From the human T2T-CHM13v2.0 reference genome, Homo sapiens: a stretch of DNA of 64,000 nucleotides. This document shows positions 27,400-40,760 of the stretch, piece by piece. How positions within the stretch are numbered: position 1 is the stretch's first letter; every line of letters begins with the position of its first letter. Made by a program: the position numbers and the translations under genes. The stretch is from the NCBI RefSeq assembly GCF_009914755.1, contig NC_060926.1; one strand, 5' to 3'. The notes beneath the pieces are model-generated. The model had not been told where the DNA came from. It was given only the letters and a program-made list of their open reading frames with translations, and ran no database searches.

Positions 27400-28000
27400 A
27401 ACTTTACATATAAATGGAAATACACAGTACCTAATCTTTTGCATCTGATTTCCATTACTTAATATCATGTTTGTGAGACTCATCTATGCTATGGCATAAA
27501 GACTCGTCTGTGCTATGCCACCTATGCTATGTGAGACTCATCTGTGCTATGCAGTTTATTTGCTTCCACTGATGGATAGTATTATTTTGCATGAATATAC
27601 CACAATATATTTATCCACTCTTCTTTGGAGCTATGACTTATGCTGCAATAAACCTTCTTGTAATAATTTTTGTCAAGCATATTATCACGAGTTCCTGTTG
27701 GGTATAAGCATGGGAGTGTAATTTCTGGGTCAAAAGTTGTGAATGGTGCCAAGAGTAACTACCTTATAATATCAAACTATTTTTCAAACCCATATCAATT
27801 TATACTCCTACCAGCTCATATGAGAGTTGTCATTAATTTTTGTTCAATTAGACCTTGCTGATATTTAATTTGAGCTATCTTAACATGTCAATATTAGGAT
27901 GTTGTCATATTTCATTAATTATTAATAACATGTATTAGCACTGTTTATATGATTATTAGCTATTTGGATTCCTTCTTTGGGAAAGTGGCTGTTCAAGTAA
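27400..28000 (-). mobile_element. Degraded L1ME 3' region
   Basis: tgaatataccacaatatatttatccactc, atttctgggtcaaa, caatttatactccctaccagc. Confidence 0.6.
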
Positions 28001-28019
28001 TGCTATGTTCTCAGAAAGA

Positions 28020-28370
28020 GAAGCGTCTAGTGAAAAATCGATTTGAGGTTGTGAGGAAGATGATGAGCTTTATTTCAAACATCCCAATTTGAGCTACTAG
28101 TGAAACTTACAGGTGAAGATGTTTAGCAGAGTGTTGAAAAGTGATTTGGAGCTTGCAAGGAAAGATAGAAACGATTCCTAAATCTCCATCTTTGCAAAGG
28201 CAGGAAGAAAAAAGGCAACAACACGAGTGGAGAGAAGTTAGAACAGAAATATTATTTTCGATAAAACAAGAACAAAGGAAGACGCCACAGGCAGATTTTG
28301 TGATAGAAAAGATATTGATGGAGTTAATGTCAAATGATCTCTGTCTTATCGGACAGGAAATTGATGTGGA
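28020..28370 (-). mobile_element. L2 fragment
   Basis: gatgatgagcttt...caggtgaagatgtttagcag...atttggagctt resembles antisense L2. Confidence 0.5.
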
Positions 28371-31179
28371 CTCAGCTAGTGCCAAACTATTTCCAGTGTT
28401 CTAAAATCCTGTGCAAATAAAATCCTTTCTCTGTTGCTTTATCTGTCAGAGGGAACTTAATTTCTTCCAGGTTTCTTTCTCTGAAATCTTGTAGTTCTGA
28501 GTCTCTTTTAGTTGCTATAAATCTAATCCCTCTTGAGACAGAGTCTCTCTACACAGCTGCTTATATTTGTCACTTCCTAGATGTCTGTCAAGGGCTCCAT
28601 GACCTCCAAGGTCCCTGGAGTGCCAAACTTCTATAAACTATTAAATAATTTCCTCCAGTGAAATAATCCTTTCCAACAGGGATTTTATGGACTCATCCTG
28701 CCTTCCAATCATTTTTTCATAGATTCTATGTAGTAAAACTTTTGCAAAGTTTCTCATGCTTTAACCAATGTATCCTGCAAAAGACTTTTGGACAAATGAA
28801 GCATTACTCTCAAATTTATGAATCTCTCTTATTGTTATATCCTTAATCTGTTGCTCAATAATTGTAGGATAGTAGACTTGGAGCAGACATCTTCTAAGTG
28901 AAAAAATAAGTAACATGGAATGAAGGTTTCTTTAAATTCCAAACGACTTCTCCAATTTTGACTATACCAAAAATTTCTGTATCTCTGAAATATCTGGAGG
29001 AACTTCTCTTTCTTCTTTTTTTCCCTCCAAACAACATTATAATGTAAAATTTGGTTTAAAAATGAATAAAATAAAAAAGTGTATCAAATATAAAAACGTA
29101 TGTAGCCTTATATAGTAAGACAAAAGGAGCACATAAAACAAAGTTTGCTTTGTTGCAAGGGTAAAGTTGTAAGTGAATGCTTATTTTGTATATTAGACAC
29201 CATTTTAATGTATCAAAAATGCTGGTTATATAATAAAAATATGTTACCTGATTTTAAATCCAAGCAAGGATTTAGCTTCAACATCTTAGAGTTAGAAATA
29301 TGAGATCAGAGCCATTTTTTAAAAATTGAGACAGCAGGATAAAAATAATTTATTCATAGGACCATGTTCAATCACTGTTATCATCCCATACTCTTATATA
29401 ATACTCTAGTTTTTAAAAATCTAACATTATTATCTAATTTGATGACATCATGTTTTATTTCTGCCACCTACTTCTTCCTGTTCTGATAATTCTACCAGGC
29501 TGAATTTAATTTGCCAATATAAAAAAATAAGAAAACACACGTTAATCACAAATGCCTCATTTGTGCAACAAAATGAACATATTTCTATAATAAAGTTTCC
29601 CATGTCAATATAGATATTGTTAGTACAGCTTAATTATTTCTTATTTTCAGATTACATAATTAACACAAATTGAAGCTCTAGTTTTTTCTGTGTTCCCAAA
29701 GGATCATTTTTTTCTTATATAGAGATTCATCAAACACTTTGGAGTTTGTTTTTAATATAAACACTATCACTGGGAAAAATATTATGTCTGGTGAATAAGG
29801 CTTACATTTGCTTTCCGTGGTAGTAATAGGCATTTTATTAGACTGTTTTTAAGGAACTATCTGAAGAGAGAAGTATAAGCAACTATAAAGGAAAATCCTA
29901 CCGTGGTAAGGAGAATTATTACTCCTAAGGATAAACCAAGAAAAAATGCAAAGTGCTTCATGAAAATACCAAAATAATCATTCTTAGAATTATTTAGTAG
30001 ATAAGATGAACATCATAGCTATTACTCTAGGGAAAACACATTTTTTAATAGCGCAGTGTCTAAAGCCATTTTATAAAGGCTTAGGCTGGGAACTCTGTAG
30101 TTCAAAATCTAAACTGACACAAGCAACTCTTCCCGTATTTTGTAACTTTCCTTTTATTCTTTTTGGTTCTCTTTATAGGCCATTTATTTTACTATTTGAT
30201 AGAAGAAGTAATATTCACTTATGAAATAGTTTTCAGTACCATTTGAAGTCATTAAAGAAAAAAATGTTTAAAAAATAGAGCTATAACCAGTCTCTTATTT
30301 TGCTGCAGTGTATTGTGCACAATTAGTGATTATTTATGTTCTCTCTAATTGTTAAACACTGTTAAGGATCTTGATGAAATAATATAAAACACCCTACCAA
30401 TCTTTTATAAAGGGTATTTTCACCTGTTGTTTAATGACTATATGATTAATTTAATCTGTATTTTTATAAAAGATTCCCGAAGATTTCTTGTGTTTTTCTG
30501 GAATGCAGGAAGGAAAGAAAGTTAGAAGACAACAGAAGATTAGATGATCACCTCTCAAGGGATGAAGTCAGACTTCATTTTTTTCATGTCATACCTGATT
30601 CTTTAATGACTCTGCCATGGTGGATCTTAGAAGAGTGTCCCTAAATGATGAGTTCTCACTTATTTCTGCTAAAAACACTGAGTATATTTTATACGTATCT
30701 ACTGTTGACTTTTCTCAGTGCCATCATTAAATGTCATGCATGCATTTTTGGAATTAAAAAAGCAAAATTATTCTGTGCATATAAAGGATGTTTTAGCTTG
30801 CTGATTATAGCAGAATGAGGGGCCTTTTAAAATTCGTATCACCACACAGGCAAGAAGTGAGTGTTTGGCACATGAGAGTAGAAAATACAAAAAGGAAGAG
30901 CTCAACTTCAAATCTGAAAAAAAAAATGATGAAAGCACATCATACCTTAAATTTGACTCCATAGTCCAAAAAACTACCAAAAAATAGCATAGCGTATTAG
31001 AATTAATTATGCTTTCAGAAGGTGCAACAGAAAGAATAAAAGTATGGTTAAACAAGTTTATAAAGAATACAGTGGTAAAACCCAAGGACCAAGTAGAAAT
31101 TTTCCAGAATAACATTGGTTCTCATTGTACATATTTCTTTTTCTCAAACATTCTTTTTTTTGTCAATAGTGTCACAATC

Positions 31180-31370
31180 AAACCAATTGTTTTGGTCAAA
31201 ACCCTAGACATCTTCTGTGAATTTATCTTTCTCTGTCTTTCAATATATAACCCCGTAGCCTATTTTATCTGCCTTACCTCCAAAATACATATCAAATCTT
31301 GCCTCTTCTTTAAATTTCACCTACTACCAACTTTTTCTAAACCCCATCCTCTCTCACCTCAGCTACTGCA
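31180..31370 (+). mobile_element. L2 fragment, apparently resuming at ~32790-32890
   Basis: caaaaccctagacatc...ctccaaaatacatatcaaatct...ctcacctcagctactgcaa. Confidence 0.55.
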
Positions 31371-32185
31371 AAGTTATCTGTGATAAAGCCTTTTAAATTC
31401 CAACATCCCCAATATCTATTCATAGTTTAGAGGTGTTACCTTCCCACAAATCTGTTGTTTACGATACCCATAAAGTAAGTATCATTAACTGGAAGTTGAG
31501 GTGAATGGGCTATACACAGACCAGTAAATTGAAAAGTGTAATCCTTGGAGTTAAGAACTATGTGAAGATAAGCTTTTTTGATGTGGTTACTATCACATGA
31601 AAAGGAGTGGAAGCATACAGAGTGAAAGTCCAATAAGATCTTGGAAAAATTCTGTTGCCAAAAAAATCATCAGTTTGACCTGTCAAAGTCCATGTCTATT
31701 TGACTCTTAAAGGCAGCCCTGGATCTCCAAGCCCACAGTAGCAGAAACAGTCATCAAAAGTGTGTGGACACTAACAGCATACTGCATGATGCCACTACAG
31801 ATATGGTCACAGAGGATAATACACGAGAGAGTTTCTCCCTGACAGCAAATTTTATTGTGAGAGCATGGGGGCCATGAGGCATAATAAAAAAGAAAAGCTT
31901 TTATTTTTTCTGTCTAAAAAATGTATCCTGCTCTCAAGGCTGAAAGTCTCTGGAGTTTCTGAACAGCAGATTTTTAACATTGACATGTAACTGTGACAAC
32001 TGTATGTATTCTATTCTTACCTTTCTGAAATAGAATATAAAATACAGTTTGTCATGTTTCTTACTGCATCATTATATATTGAGTTGACTCAAGACTACAT
32101 ATAACTTTTTTTTAGTTTATTGGTCACTTGATCATGAGAAAATACATCTTGGACTTGGAACTAAATGCAAATATTATATGGAACA

Positions 32186-32262
32186 CTGATAATTCCTCCT
32201 TTCATAATTTGTGAATACCTTTTGTCTGATATTTTCTCCTTTCATAATTTGTGAATACCTTT
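32186..32262 (+). repeat. 40-bp tandem duplication
   Basis: ctcctttcataatttgtgaataccttt occurs twice with period 40. Confidence 0.9.
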
Positions 32263-35172
32263 CATGTGGGGAATAAAGGGTGAGTATGGATATTTAGTCA
32301 GGAAAAGACAGACCATGGTGATGACTAATAAGGTGTCCTGCTTGCATCCATTCTGTCTTATGTCTGTATTAAGTTTCCAGGGTATTTGGTTCCCAGTTAA
32401 AAACCATAATGTTCTGTATCCTTTGCAGCTAAGTATGGTCGCATAAATCAATTCTATCTACCAAGATGCAAGAAGAAACAGATCTAACTTTTGGGTTGGG
32501 CCTTTAAAATGAAAGGTATTTACATTCCCTCTGGTCCTTCTCCCTTCCTGTTAGCTAGGATTTATTCATGAACTAGGAGGAAGAAAGCCATTTTGAATCG
32601 AGAGATAGAAACAAAAAATTTATGATGATAGATCAAGAAGAGAAGTTAAATCTGTTTCCCCAATACTATGGTTCTTAATTATTGGAGAATAATATTTAAT
32701 CTAAAAATGTTAAAAGTAAATATATATATTGTTGACTCTCCTATGATATATAGACCTTCAAAAATAGCATCTTATAACATAAATCCAAAATAATAGGCCT
32801 CCAACTTAATTTTTCCAATCTACACTTGCCTCACTAAAATCGATTCTCTTCACTGCAGCAAAAGGTAATATTTTCAAATAAAAATTAGAGTTCTCCATCT
32901 ACATTAGATGTTGGAAGCTGAAAACAAAATTATCGCAATAAGAAAAAAAACATTTAATTTACAAAATCCTAATTCTTTTTGGAAACATTGGAGATCTGAA
33001 GCTACAAGAACCTAAGTGAACTGGATTCCAAAGAGTGAAACGTCCCTCCAAATAGAGATGGGACACAGAAACCATTTCACCTTTGACGAAGCACAAAAGG
33101 AAGTTATTAGTTAAGAATAAATAAAAGCGGAGTGGAGTTCACATCCACTCAAAAGTTATTTTCCACAGGCCACTTTCAGGTGCTCAAAACAAGGCAGGAA
33201 AAGTGCTTCCCTAGGTGGCACAGACATGCCTGTAGTGAACACGTCTGACTGACTCTAGAACAAACATAAAACACTGCCCATTCCCTCGATACTTCTTTTT
33301 CATATAAAGCCAAAACTTACGCCACTGAGAGAAGGAACAACAAGAAACCTTGTCCCCTGGGCCCAGGAAATGCTTCACTACTTCTGAGAGAGTCTCTAAG
33401 TCCCACGCTAAGCACAAAGTAAGAGCAGTTCACCACTGGAGGAATCTGAAGCCTGCAGTGGACTGAAGGTAATGATAGCAACAAGAAAAATATCAATCCA
33501 ACTCAATTACTAATTAGATTCACTCAACCCTCCCACAACACACACACATAGGCTAACAGCCTGAGACAATATGAGGAGCACCTGCTTCTGGACATAAGCA
33601 CTGTTTTTTACACAATATCAGGCATTTAGTTTAAAAATAATCAAAAGACACACAAAAAAGGCAAGAGAGAAAGCAATTAACACAACTAAACTCAATGATG
33701 ACTCCGATGTAAGAATTGTCAAGCAAGGAATTTAAAATACCCACAAAAACATATTTTTAAATCTAGAAAGGTGGACAAAAGGCATGAGCTGTTAAATAAT
33801 TTCAGCAGAAAGATAAAAACTATAAAGAAAATTTAGGTCAAGATGGAGTGAGTACAACTTCCATCTCCCAGTGATTACAACTGAAACTGTAGACAAAATA
33901 TTTTAAAATTATATGAGTACTCTAAAACATATAAAACAATAAAATCATAACAGATAAATTGGGAACTAAAGTCAAAAATTTAGTACTAAACTCTAGTAAG
34001 TATGAGTTTTCTCAGGAGGCAGAGGCCATTCTAACTTTGCCTCTCTGTTTTGACCCAAGGGTGGGCTGAATCCAGTAACTGTCCAGTAAAAGCTGATAGC
34101 AAAACTCTCAGAGATACCATGTATTTCTAGTTATAATATTGGGGAAGAAAAGGATTGGTGCCTGTGGAAGTTTGAAAGGAGAATCTATGTGTTTTGTTTC
34201 TTTTTTGTTGTTGTTGTTTTCCCTTTTCTTTATTGGTTCTAAGCAAGGCTGGCTATATTTGGTTCTAACCAATTACAGAATTGCACCACCACAGCAAAAA
34301 CGATCAGGTGCTCAAAATGCTGAGAAAATAATTTTCTGAGACCAGAGAAACCAGGAAATAGGACCTGTGTTGTCCAGAGTGTGAAGTGAATACTCATTAT
34401 TTTTTCTTTCATTTTCTCTTGTCATTTTATCCCAAAGTTGGCCAAGGTACGTGGAACCACACAATATCACAGAAGACTGAAACAATAAGACAACTCCAAA
34501 CTCTGTCCAGAAGAACTGGGCAAAGGGTTCTCTGGGAGCCAGAAAGTGTGAGAGAAATCCTGGATTATGGTATTAAATCAAGCAAAGTTGCAAAAAGTAA
34601 CTGCCTCAAACTTCAGGGAAGCTCTGAAGACTACAATTCATAGCTCAGCATTTTACCCATCAATGGGGTAGAGGAGACAAATAATTTACTTTCCTGCACC
34701 TTTTAGTTATAAAAACATGACTGCACCCAAAAAGATATATATTTCCAAGGACTTCTGACGCTTTCAGTGTGTAGGAAAAGTGGGTTCCAGAAGCCTGAGG
34801 GCATTCCTCCAAAAAGAGATGCAGATGCTAGCAGTAGGGACAGAAAACACACTGGGTACCAGACTGTAAGAAAATGATAAAGGAATCAAGAGAAGATGTC
34901 AGTGGAATAGTAATATTTGCTACACTCCCATAGCTTTATCTGTTTGGCTTGAACTAATTCTTGCCCAAATATTTTCCTAAATGAACAAGAAAGCATTACA
35001 CTTACCTAGAGAATTCAGTTGTACCAGACATCTCTTTTTCCCTTAAAGTTGAAGAAACTACAGCCATATATATACATATGTACACACACACACACACACA
35101 CCTATATCTATATCTATTACAGCCATATTTAGAGAACACATTTAATTGCCTTGATGAAAATTAAATGTGTGG

Positions 35173-35468
35173 GATTGGGTGCAGTGGCTCACACCTGTAA
35201 TCCTAGCATTCTGGGACGCCGAGGCAGATGAATTTCTTGAGCCCAGGAATTTGAGGCCAGCCTGGGCAACATGGTGAAACCCTGTCTCTACAAACAGTAC
35301 AAAAAATTCGCTAGGCATAGTTATGCGTACCTGTAGTCCCAGCTACCATAGGGCCTGAGGTGGGAGGATCACTTGAGGCAGGGAGGTCGAGTCTGCAATG
35401 AGCCATGATTGTGCAACTGCACTCTAGCCTGGGTGGCAGAGTGAGATCCTGTCTCACAAAAAAGAAAA
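35173..35468 (+). mobile_element. AluJ
   Basis: Full dimer with J-type cttgagcccaggaatttgagg and gggaggatcacttgag. Confidence 0.92.
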
Positions 35469-36564
35469 TGGAAGAAAATGTATAAATTTGAAGTGCATAT
35501 TTATACGTTATTGAAAAATTGATAAACCTATCTGAGCTGGATTGGTGACTTTGGAGAAAGAAATGGAATCTTCCAATTTAGGTCTGAGCCAGGACTCAGG
35601 TAATCAATTCAAAATCATTAATAAATTGATAGAGGGCTACGGCTCTACAGAAAAAAAATACATTTCAATCAACATTTTATTGGTATATCTTCCTACATGC
35701 TAGTAGGAATTGGTTAGAGAGTGCTTCACACATTATGAACAAAGTTTCACTGGCAGTACATGCTGTTTATAGTTTCATGCTACTTATTCAATTTTATGAT
35801 TCAGCTTCTGGCATGATTGTTATCAACAATGCCATTTTTACTAACCTGTGCAGATGCTTCTGCTCACAACATACCATTCACCAAGCACCATCATCCCAGA
35901 GCAACCTCACACCTGCTCTGATGTGGTCACTGAATACCACTTCTAATTTGCGTTGTTACTTCTACTGGTTCCACTGCTCCTAAAACTGGCTTTGCCATTG
36001 CTGGATGTTACCACCATGTTTTAGGGGCACTACTGTCATTTCTTCCAGTGGTCACCAGTTCCATGGCTGCAATTCTTCTCTTACAAGCCCTTGTTAAACT
36101 TTTTGAACATCTCTACCAATCTTGGGCATCTCTGACTTAAACTTACCACATTCATTGCACCAGACTCACAATGTACCATACCTGTACAATGTTCTGTGGC
36201 CAAATGTGGGGAAATGTTTCTCTCTCTTTTTTTTAATATCACTCTCTATTGGAAACTTGGTTTTTGTTTTACTCATATTCTTATATCTATTTTATATCTT
36301 TACTATTTAATAACTGTTATGATGAATACTGTTATCCTAAAAACATACAAAATATGTTTTAAGATTTAATAAAAATGCTGTTAGAGAGAACTTTAAGAAT
36401 TTCTGTATACTAGAAATAAAAATTTTAAGAAAAAAAAACACTAATACTGAAACTATAGCCCGCAACTTAGGCAGGAGAAAATGGATCCATTTATACCAAA
36501 TCAAACTATACTTAAGTTTCAGAACAAACAGTAAAAACAGACCTATTAAGACTGTCATGGACAT

Positions 36565-38489
36565 GATATAATTCTATATAAAATTTAAAGACTCTGCCAA
36601 AAGGCTCCTAGAGCTGATAAACAACTTCAGTAAAGTTTCAGGATATAAAACCAATGTACAAAAATCAGTAGTGTTGCTATGTACCAGTAGCAGTCAAGCT
36701 GGGAGCCAAATCAAGAATGCAATTCAACTTAAAACAGCCAGAAAAAAATAGCTAGTAATACATTTAACTGAGGATGCGAAGGATCCTACATGTAGAACTA
36801 CAAAACACTGCTGAAAGAAATCATAGATGACACAAACAAATTGAAAAACATGCCATCCTCATAGACTGAAAGAACCAATATCATGAAAATAAGTATACTA
36901 CCCAAAGCGATCTGTAGATTTAATGCTATCTCTATCAAAATATCAACATTATTTTTCACAGAATTAGAAGAAACTATTCTAAAATTCACATGGAAACAAA
37001 AAAAAAGAGCTCAAATAGCCAAAGTAATCCTAAGCAAAAATAACAAAGCCAGAGCCATTATATTACTTGACTTCAAATTATACCATAAGGCTACAGTAAA
37101 CCAAACAGGTTTTTTCTTTACTAATATAAAAGTAGACACATAGAACAATGGAATAAGATATAGAACCCAGAAGTAAAGCCACACACCTACAGCCATCTGA
37201 TCTTTGACAAAATTGACAAAAAGTGAGCAATGGGGAAATTATTTCCTATTCATTAAATGGTGCTGGGATAGCTGGCTAGTCAAATGTAGAGGAATGAAAG
37301 TGGATCTCCACTTTTAACTTTATACAAAAATTAACTCAAGATGAATTAAAGATTTAAATGTAAGACTTCAATCTATAAGAATCCTAGAAGAAAACCTAGA
37401 AAATATCATTCTGGACATTGGCTTTGGGAAGGAATTTATGACTAAGTTCTCAAAAGAAATTTCAACAGAAACCAAAATCGACAAATGGGACCTAATGAAT
37501 CTCAAGAGCTCTTGCACAGCAAGAGAAACTATACAGAGTAAACAGGCAACCTACAGAATGGAAGAAAACTATGCATCCCATAAAGGTCTAACATCCGGAA
37601 TCTGTAAGAAACTTAAACGATTCAACAAGCAAAAAAACAAATAAGCCCTTTAACAAGTGTACAAAAGGCATGAACAAACATTTCTCAAGAGAAAATATAT
37701 AAGTGGCCAACAGACATGTGAAAAAAATGTTCAACATCACTAATCATCAGAGAAATGCAATTAAAACCACAATGAGATATCATCTCACACCAATCAGAAT
37801 GGCTATTACTAAAAAGTCAAACAATTATAGATGCTGGCAAGGCTGCATTGAAAGGGAATACCTATACACTGTTGGTGGAATGTAAATTACTCCAGCCACT
37901 GTGGAAAGCAAGTTGAAGATTTCTCAAAGAACTAAAAATAGAGTTATCATTCAACCTAGCAATATCATTGCTGGGTATATATCCAAAGGAAACTAAATCA
38001 TTCCACCTGTATTTTCATCACCGATGTTCACAATCACAATAGCAAGGATGTGGAATCAGCTTAGATTCCCATCAACATTGGATTGGATAAAGAAAATTTG
38101 GTACATATACACCACAGAATACTATGCAGCCATAAAGAAGAATGACATAATTTATTTTGCAGCAACATGGGATGCAGCTGGAGGCTATTATCCTAAGCAA
38201 ATTAATGCAGGAACAGAAAACCAAACACCAAATTTTCTCACTTATAATTGGGACCTAAGTGTTTGGTACACATGGACATAAAGATGGGAATGACAGAGGG
38301 CTACCTGAGTCGAGGAGGAAGGAGGGGGCAAAACTCTGAAAAACTACCTATTGGGTACTATGCTTACTACCTGAGTGATGGGGTTATTTGTACCCCAAAC
38401 TTCAGTATCACACAATATACCCATCTAACAAACCTGAACCTATATCATCAGAATTGAAAATAAGAGTTGAAATTATATTTTAAAAATTA
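36565..38489 (+). mobile_element. 5'-truncated L1PB-like element
   Basis: ORF2 peptides ([29 protein letters not shown]) and an L1PB-type 3' UTR. TSD actgtcatggacat (36551-36564) / actgtcatgggcat (38490-38503). Confidence 0.92.
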
Positions 38490-38914
38490 ACTGTCATGGG
38501 CATTATAATACTGCATTCATTCTAATTGCTTAGCATCTCTGCTCCACCTCTCCAACTCATACTGAGCAGTCAGCAGTCAAAGAGTTTCGTTCCGGCTTAA
38601 ACTAGTTATACACTACTTAAATAAACTGATGTGTCTTATGAAGATGGTGCCCAACATAAGTGGAGTGAGAAAGAGTTGCAGAGAAAATTCAGAAGTAACT
38701 TTAGATTTTCACAGGCTACAGAATATTGCAAAGAAGGAAAAAGAGCAGCTCACTCTGACATTTGGCTTCAGGATATTACCCACTGTTACATTTAACAGAA
38801 TGAATGTCTACGCCCCAAAATAAGGTAGCAAACTCAGGAACCTGAGAATCCTGAATAAAAGCTACCCACACCATTTTCCTAGTACCTGTCACACTACTTT
38901 AACTGTCCCAAAGG

Positions 38915-39440
38915 GAAGATATCTTCAAAGTTCTGAAAGAAAAAACAATCTGTCAATTCAAAATTTTATAACCACTGAAAATACATTTCAAAAATGAAGA
39001 CAAAATACCACATTTCCAGACATCTGAAATCTGAAATAATTTCTCACTAGCAGATTTACACTATAAGAAATATTAAAGAATGTCTTCAGTCAGAAGAAAA
39101 ATATCACTCTCTTATCTGAATGTATTAATTAAATTAGAAGTCAATTGCAAAATAAAATACTTAAATATTTGGAAATTTAAAAGTTTTAAAATTAAATAAT
39201 TTTAAATAATTTATCATTCAATAAATATATCAATAGATTGAATACAAACTATTTAGATCTGAGAGATAAAAACACTAAAAAGCAACGTTTATGTGATGTA
39301 GCTAAAACAGTACTCAGAGAAAAAGTAATAGCTCTTAACATTTGTATTGCAAAAGATAAATGGTCTCAATGAATGACTTCTGATCTCCCATTTGAAATAG
39401 AGAAAAAGAGAATATCAAACACAAAGTCAAGAAAAGAAAG
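38915..39440 (+). mobile_element. Old L1M ORF1/ORF2 fragments
   Basis: atatcttcaaagttctgaaagaaa, gctaaaacagtactcagagaaaa. Confidence 0.6.
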
Positions 39441-39442
39441 GG

Positions 39443-39547
39443 GTGCTCGCTTTGGCAGCATAAATACTATAATTGGAACGACACTGAGTAGATTAGCATG
39501 GGCCCTGCGCAAGGATGACACTTAAATTCGTGAAGTGTTCCATATTT
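39443..39547 (+). pseudogene. RNU6: U6 snRNA retropseudogene, full length
   Basis: gtgctcgctttggcagca...gattagcatgggccctgcgcaaggatgaca...ttcgtgaagtgttccatattt. The ACAGAGA box is mutated, no PSE/TATA is evident upstream, and it is fused to L1. Confidence 0.96.
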
Positions 39548-40137
39548 CTGGAGCTTCTAACTAGAATGAACAGTTTAGAGAGGAACTTAAATGACCCAGG
39601 GAGCTGAAAAACCAGCATGAGAACTTTGTGAAGCATACACAAGTATCAATAGCTGAATCGATCAAGCAGGAGAAAAAGTGTTAGAGTTTGAAGCCCATCT
39701 TGCTGAAATAAGTCAGGCAGACAAGATTAGAGAAAAAAATAATGAAAAGGAAGAAATAAAACCTCCGAGAAATATGGGACTATGTAAAATTACTAAACTT
39801 ACAATTGATTGGAGTACTTGAAAAAGATGGGGAGAATGGAACCAAGTTGGAAAACACACTTAAAGATATTACTCAGGAGAATTTCTGCAACCTAGCAAGA
39901 CAGGCCAACATTCAAATTCAGGAAATACAAAGAACATTACTAAGATACTACACAAGATATCAACCCCAAGACACATAATCATCAGATTCTCCATGGTTGA
40001 AATGAAGGAAAAAATGTTAAGGGCATCCAGAGAAAGGCCAAGTCACCTACAAAGGGAAGTTCATCAGACTAACAGCAGATCTCTCAGCAGAAGCTCTACA
40101 AGTCACAAGAAAGTGGGGGACAATAGTCAACATTCTT
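39548..40137 (+). mobile_element. L1PA (about L1PA8-10) ORF1 fragment fused to U6
   Basis: Reverse complement of ~59250-58657 (ORF1) of the full-length L1 in this window. Confidence 0.92.
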
Positions 40138-40443
40138 TTTTTTATTATTATTATTTTTTATACTTTAAGTTTTAGGGTACATGTGCACAATGTGCAGGTT
40201 AGTTACATATGTATACATGTGCCATGTTGATGTGCTGCACCCATTAACTCGTCATTTAACATTAGGTATATCTCCTAATGCTATCCCTCTCCCCTCCCCC
40301 CACCCCACAACAGGCCCCAGTGTGTGATGTTCCCCTTCCTGTGTCCGTGTTCAATTCCTGTGTCCATTGTTCAATTCCCACCTATGACTGAGAACATGCA
40401 GTGTTTGGTTTTTTGTCCTTGCGATAGTTTGCTGAGAATGATG
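40136..40443 (-). mobile_element. Young L1PA (about L1PA3/4) 3' end
   Basis: tatactttaagttttagggtacatgtgcacaatgtgcaggttagttacatatg. Confidence 0.92.
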
Positions 40444-40447
40444 TTTT

Positions 40448-40478
<31 letters not shown>

Positions 40479-40760
40479 GAGACAGAGTCTTGCTCAGTCG
40501 CCCAGGCTGGAGGGCAGTGGCGCAATCTCAGTTCACTGCAAGCTCTGCCTCCCGGGTTCATGCCATTCTCCTGCCTCAGCCTCCTGAGTAGCTGGGACTA
40601 CAGGCGCCCGCCACTACACCCAGCTAATTTTTTTTTATTTTTAGTAGAGATGGGGTTTCACCATGTTAGTCAGGATGGTCTTGATCTCCTGACCTTGTGA
40701 TCCACCCGTCTCGGCCTCCCAAAGTGCTGGGATTACAGGCGTGAGCCACCGCGCCCGGCC
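40444..40760 (-). mobile_element. AluY-like element, no TSD
   Basis: cactgcaagctctgcctcccgggttcatgccattctcc with a (GTTTT)n tail. Confidence 0.93.

Noticed and set aside
27473-27551. Short reiterated gagactcatctgtgctatg units
   Set aside because: Ordinary slippage within an old L1.
28141-28404. 87-aa charged ORF
   Set aside because: It overlaps an antisense L2 relic, starts at GTG, and resembles no family I know.
30768-31383. Two ORFs over 100 aa on opposite strands
   Set aside because: AT-rich low-complexity translations, partly L2-derived, with no splice or homology support.
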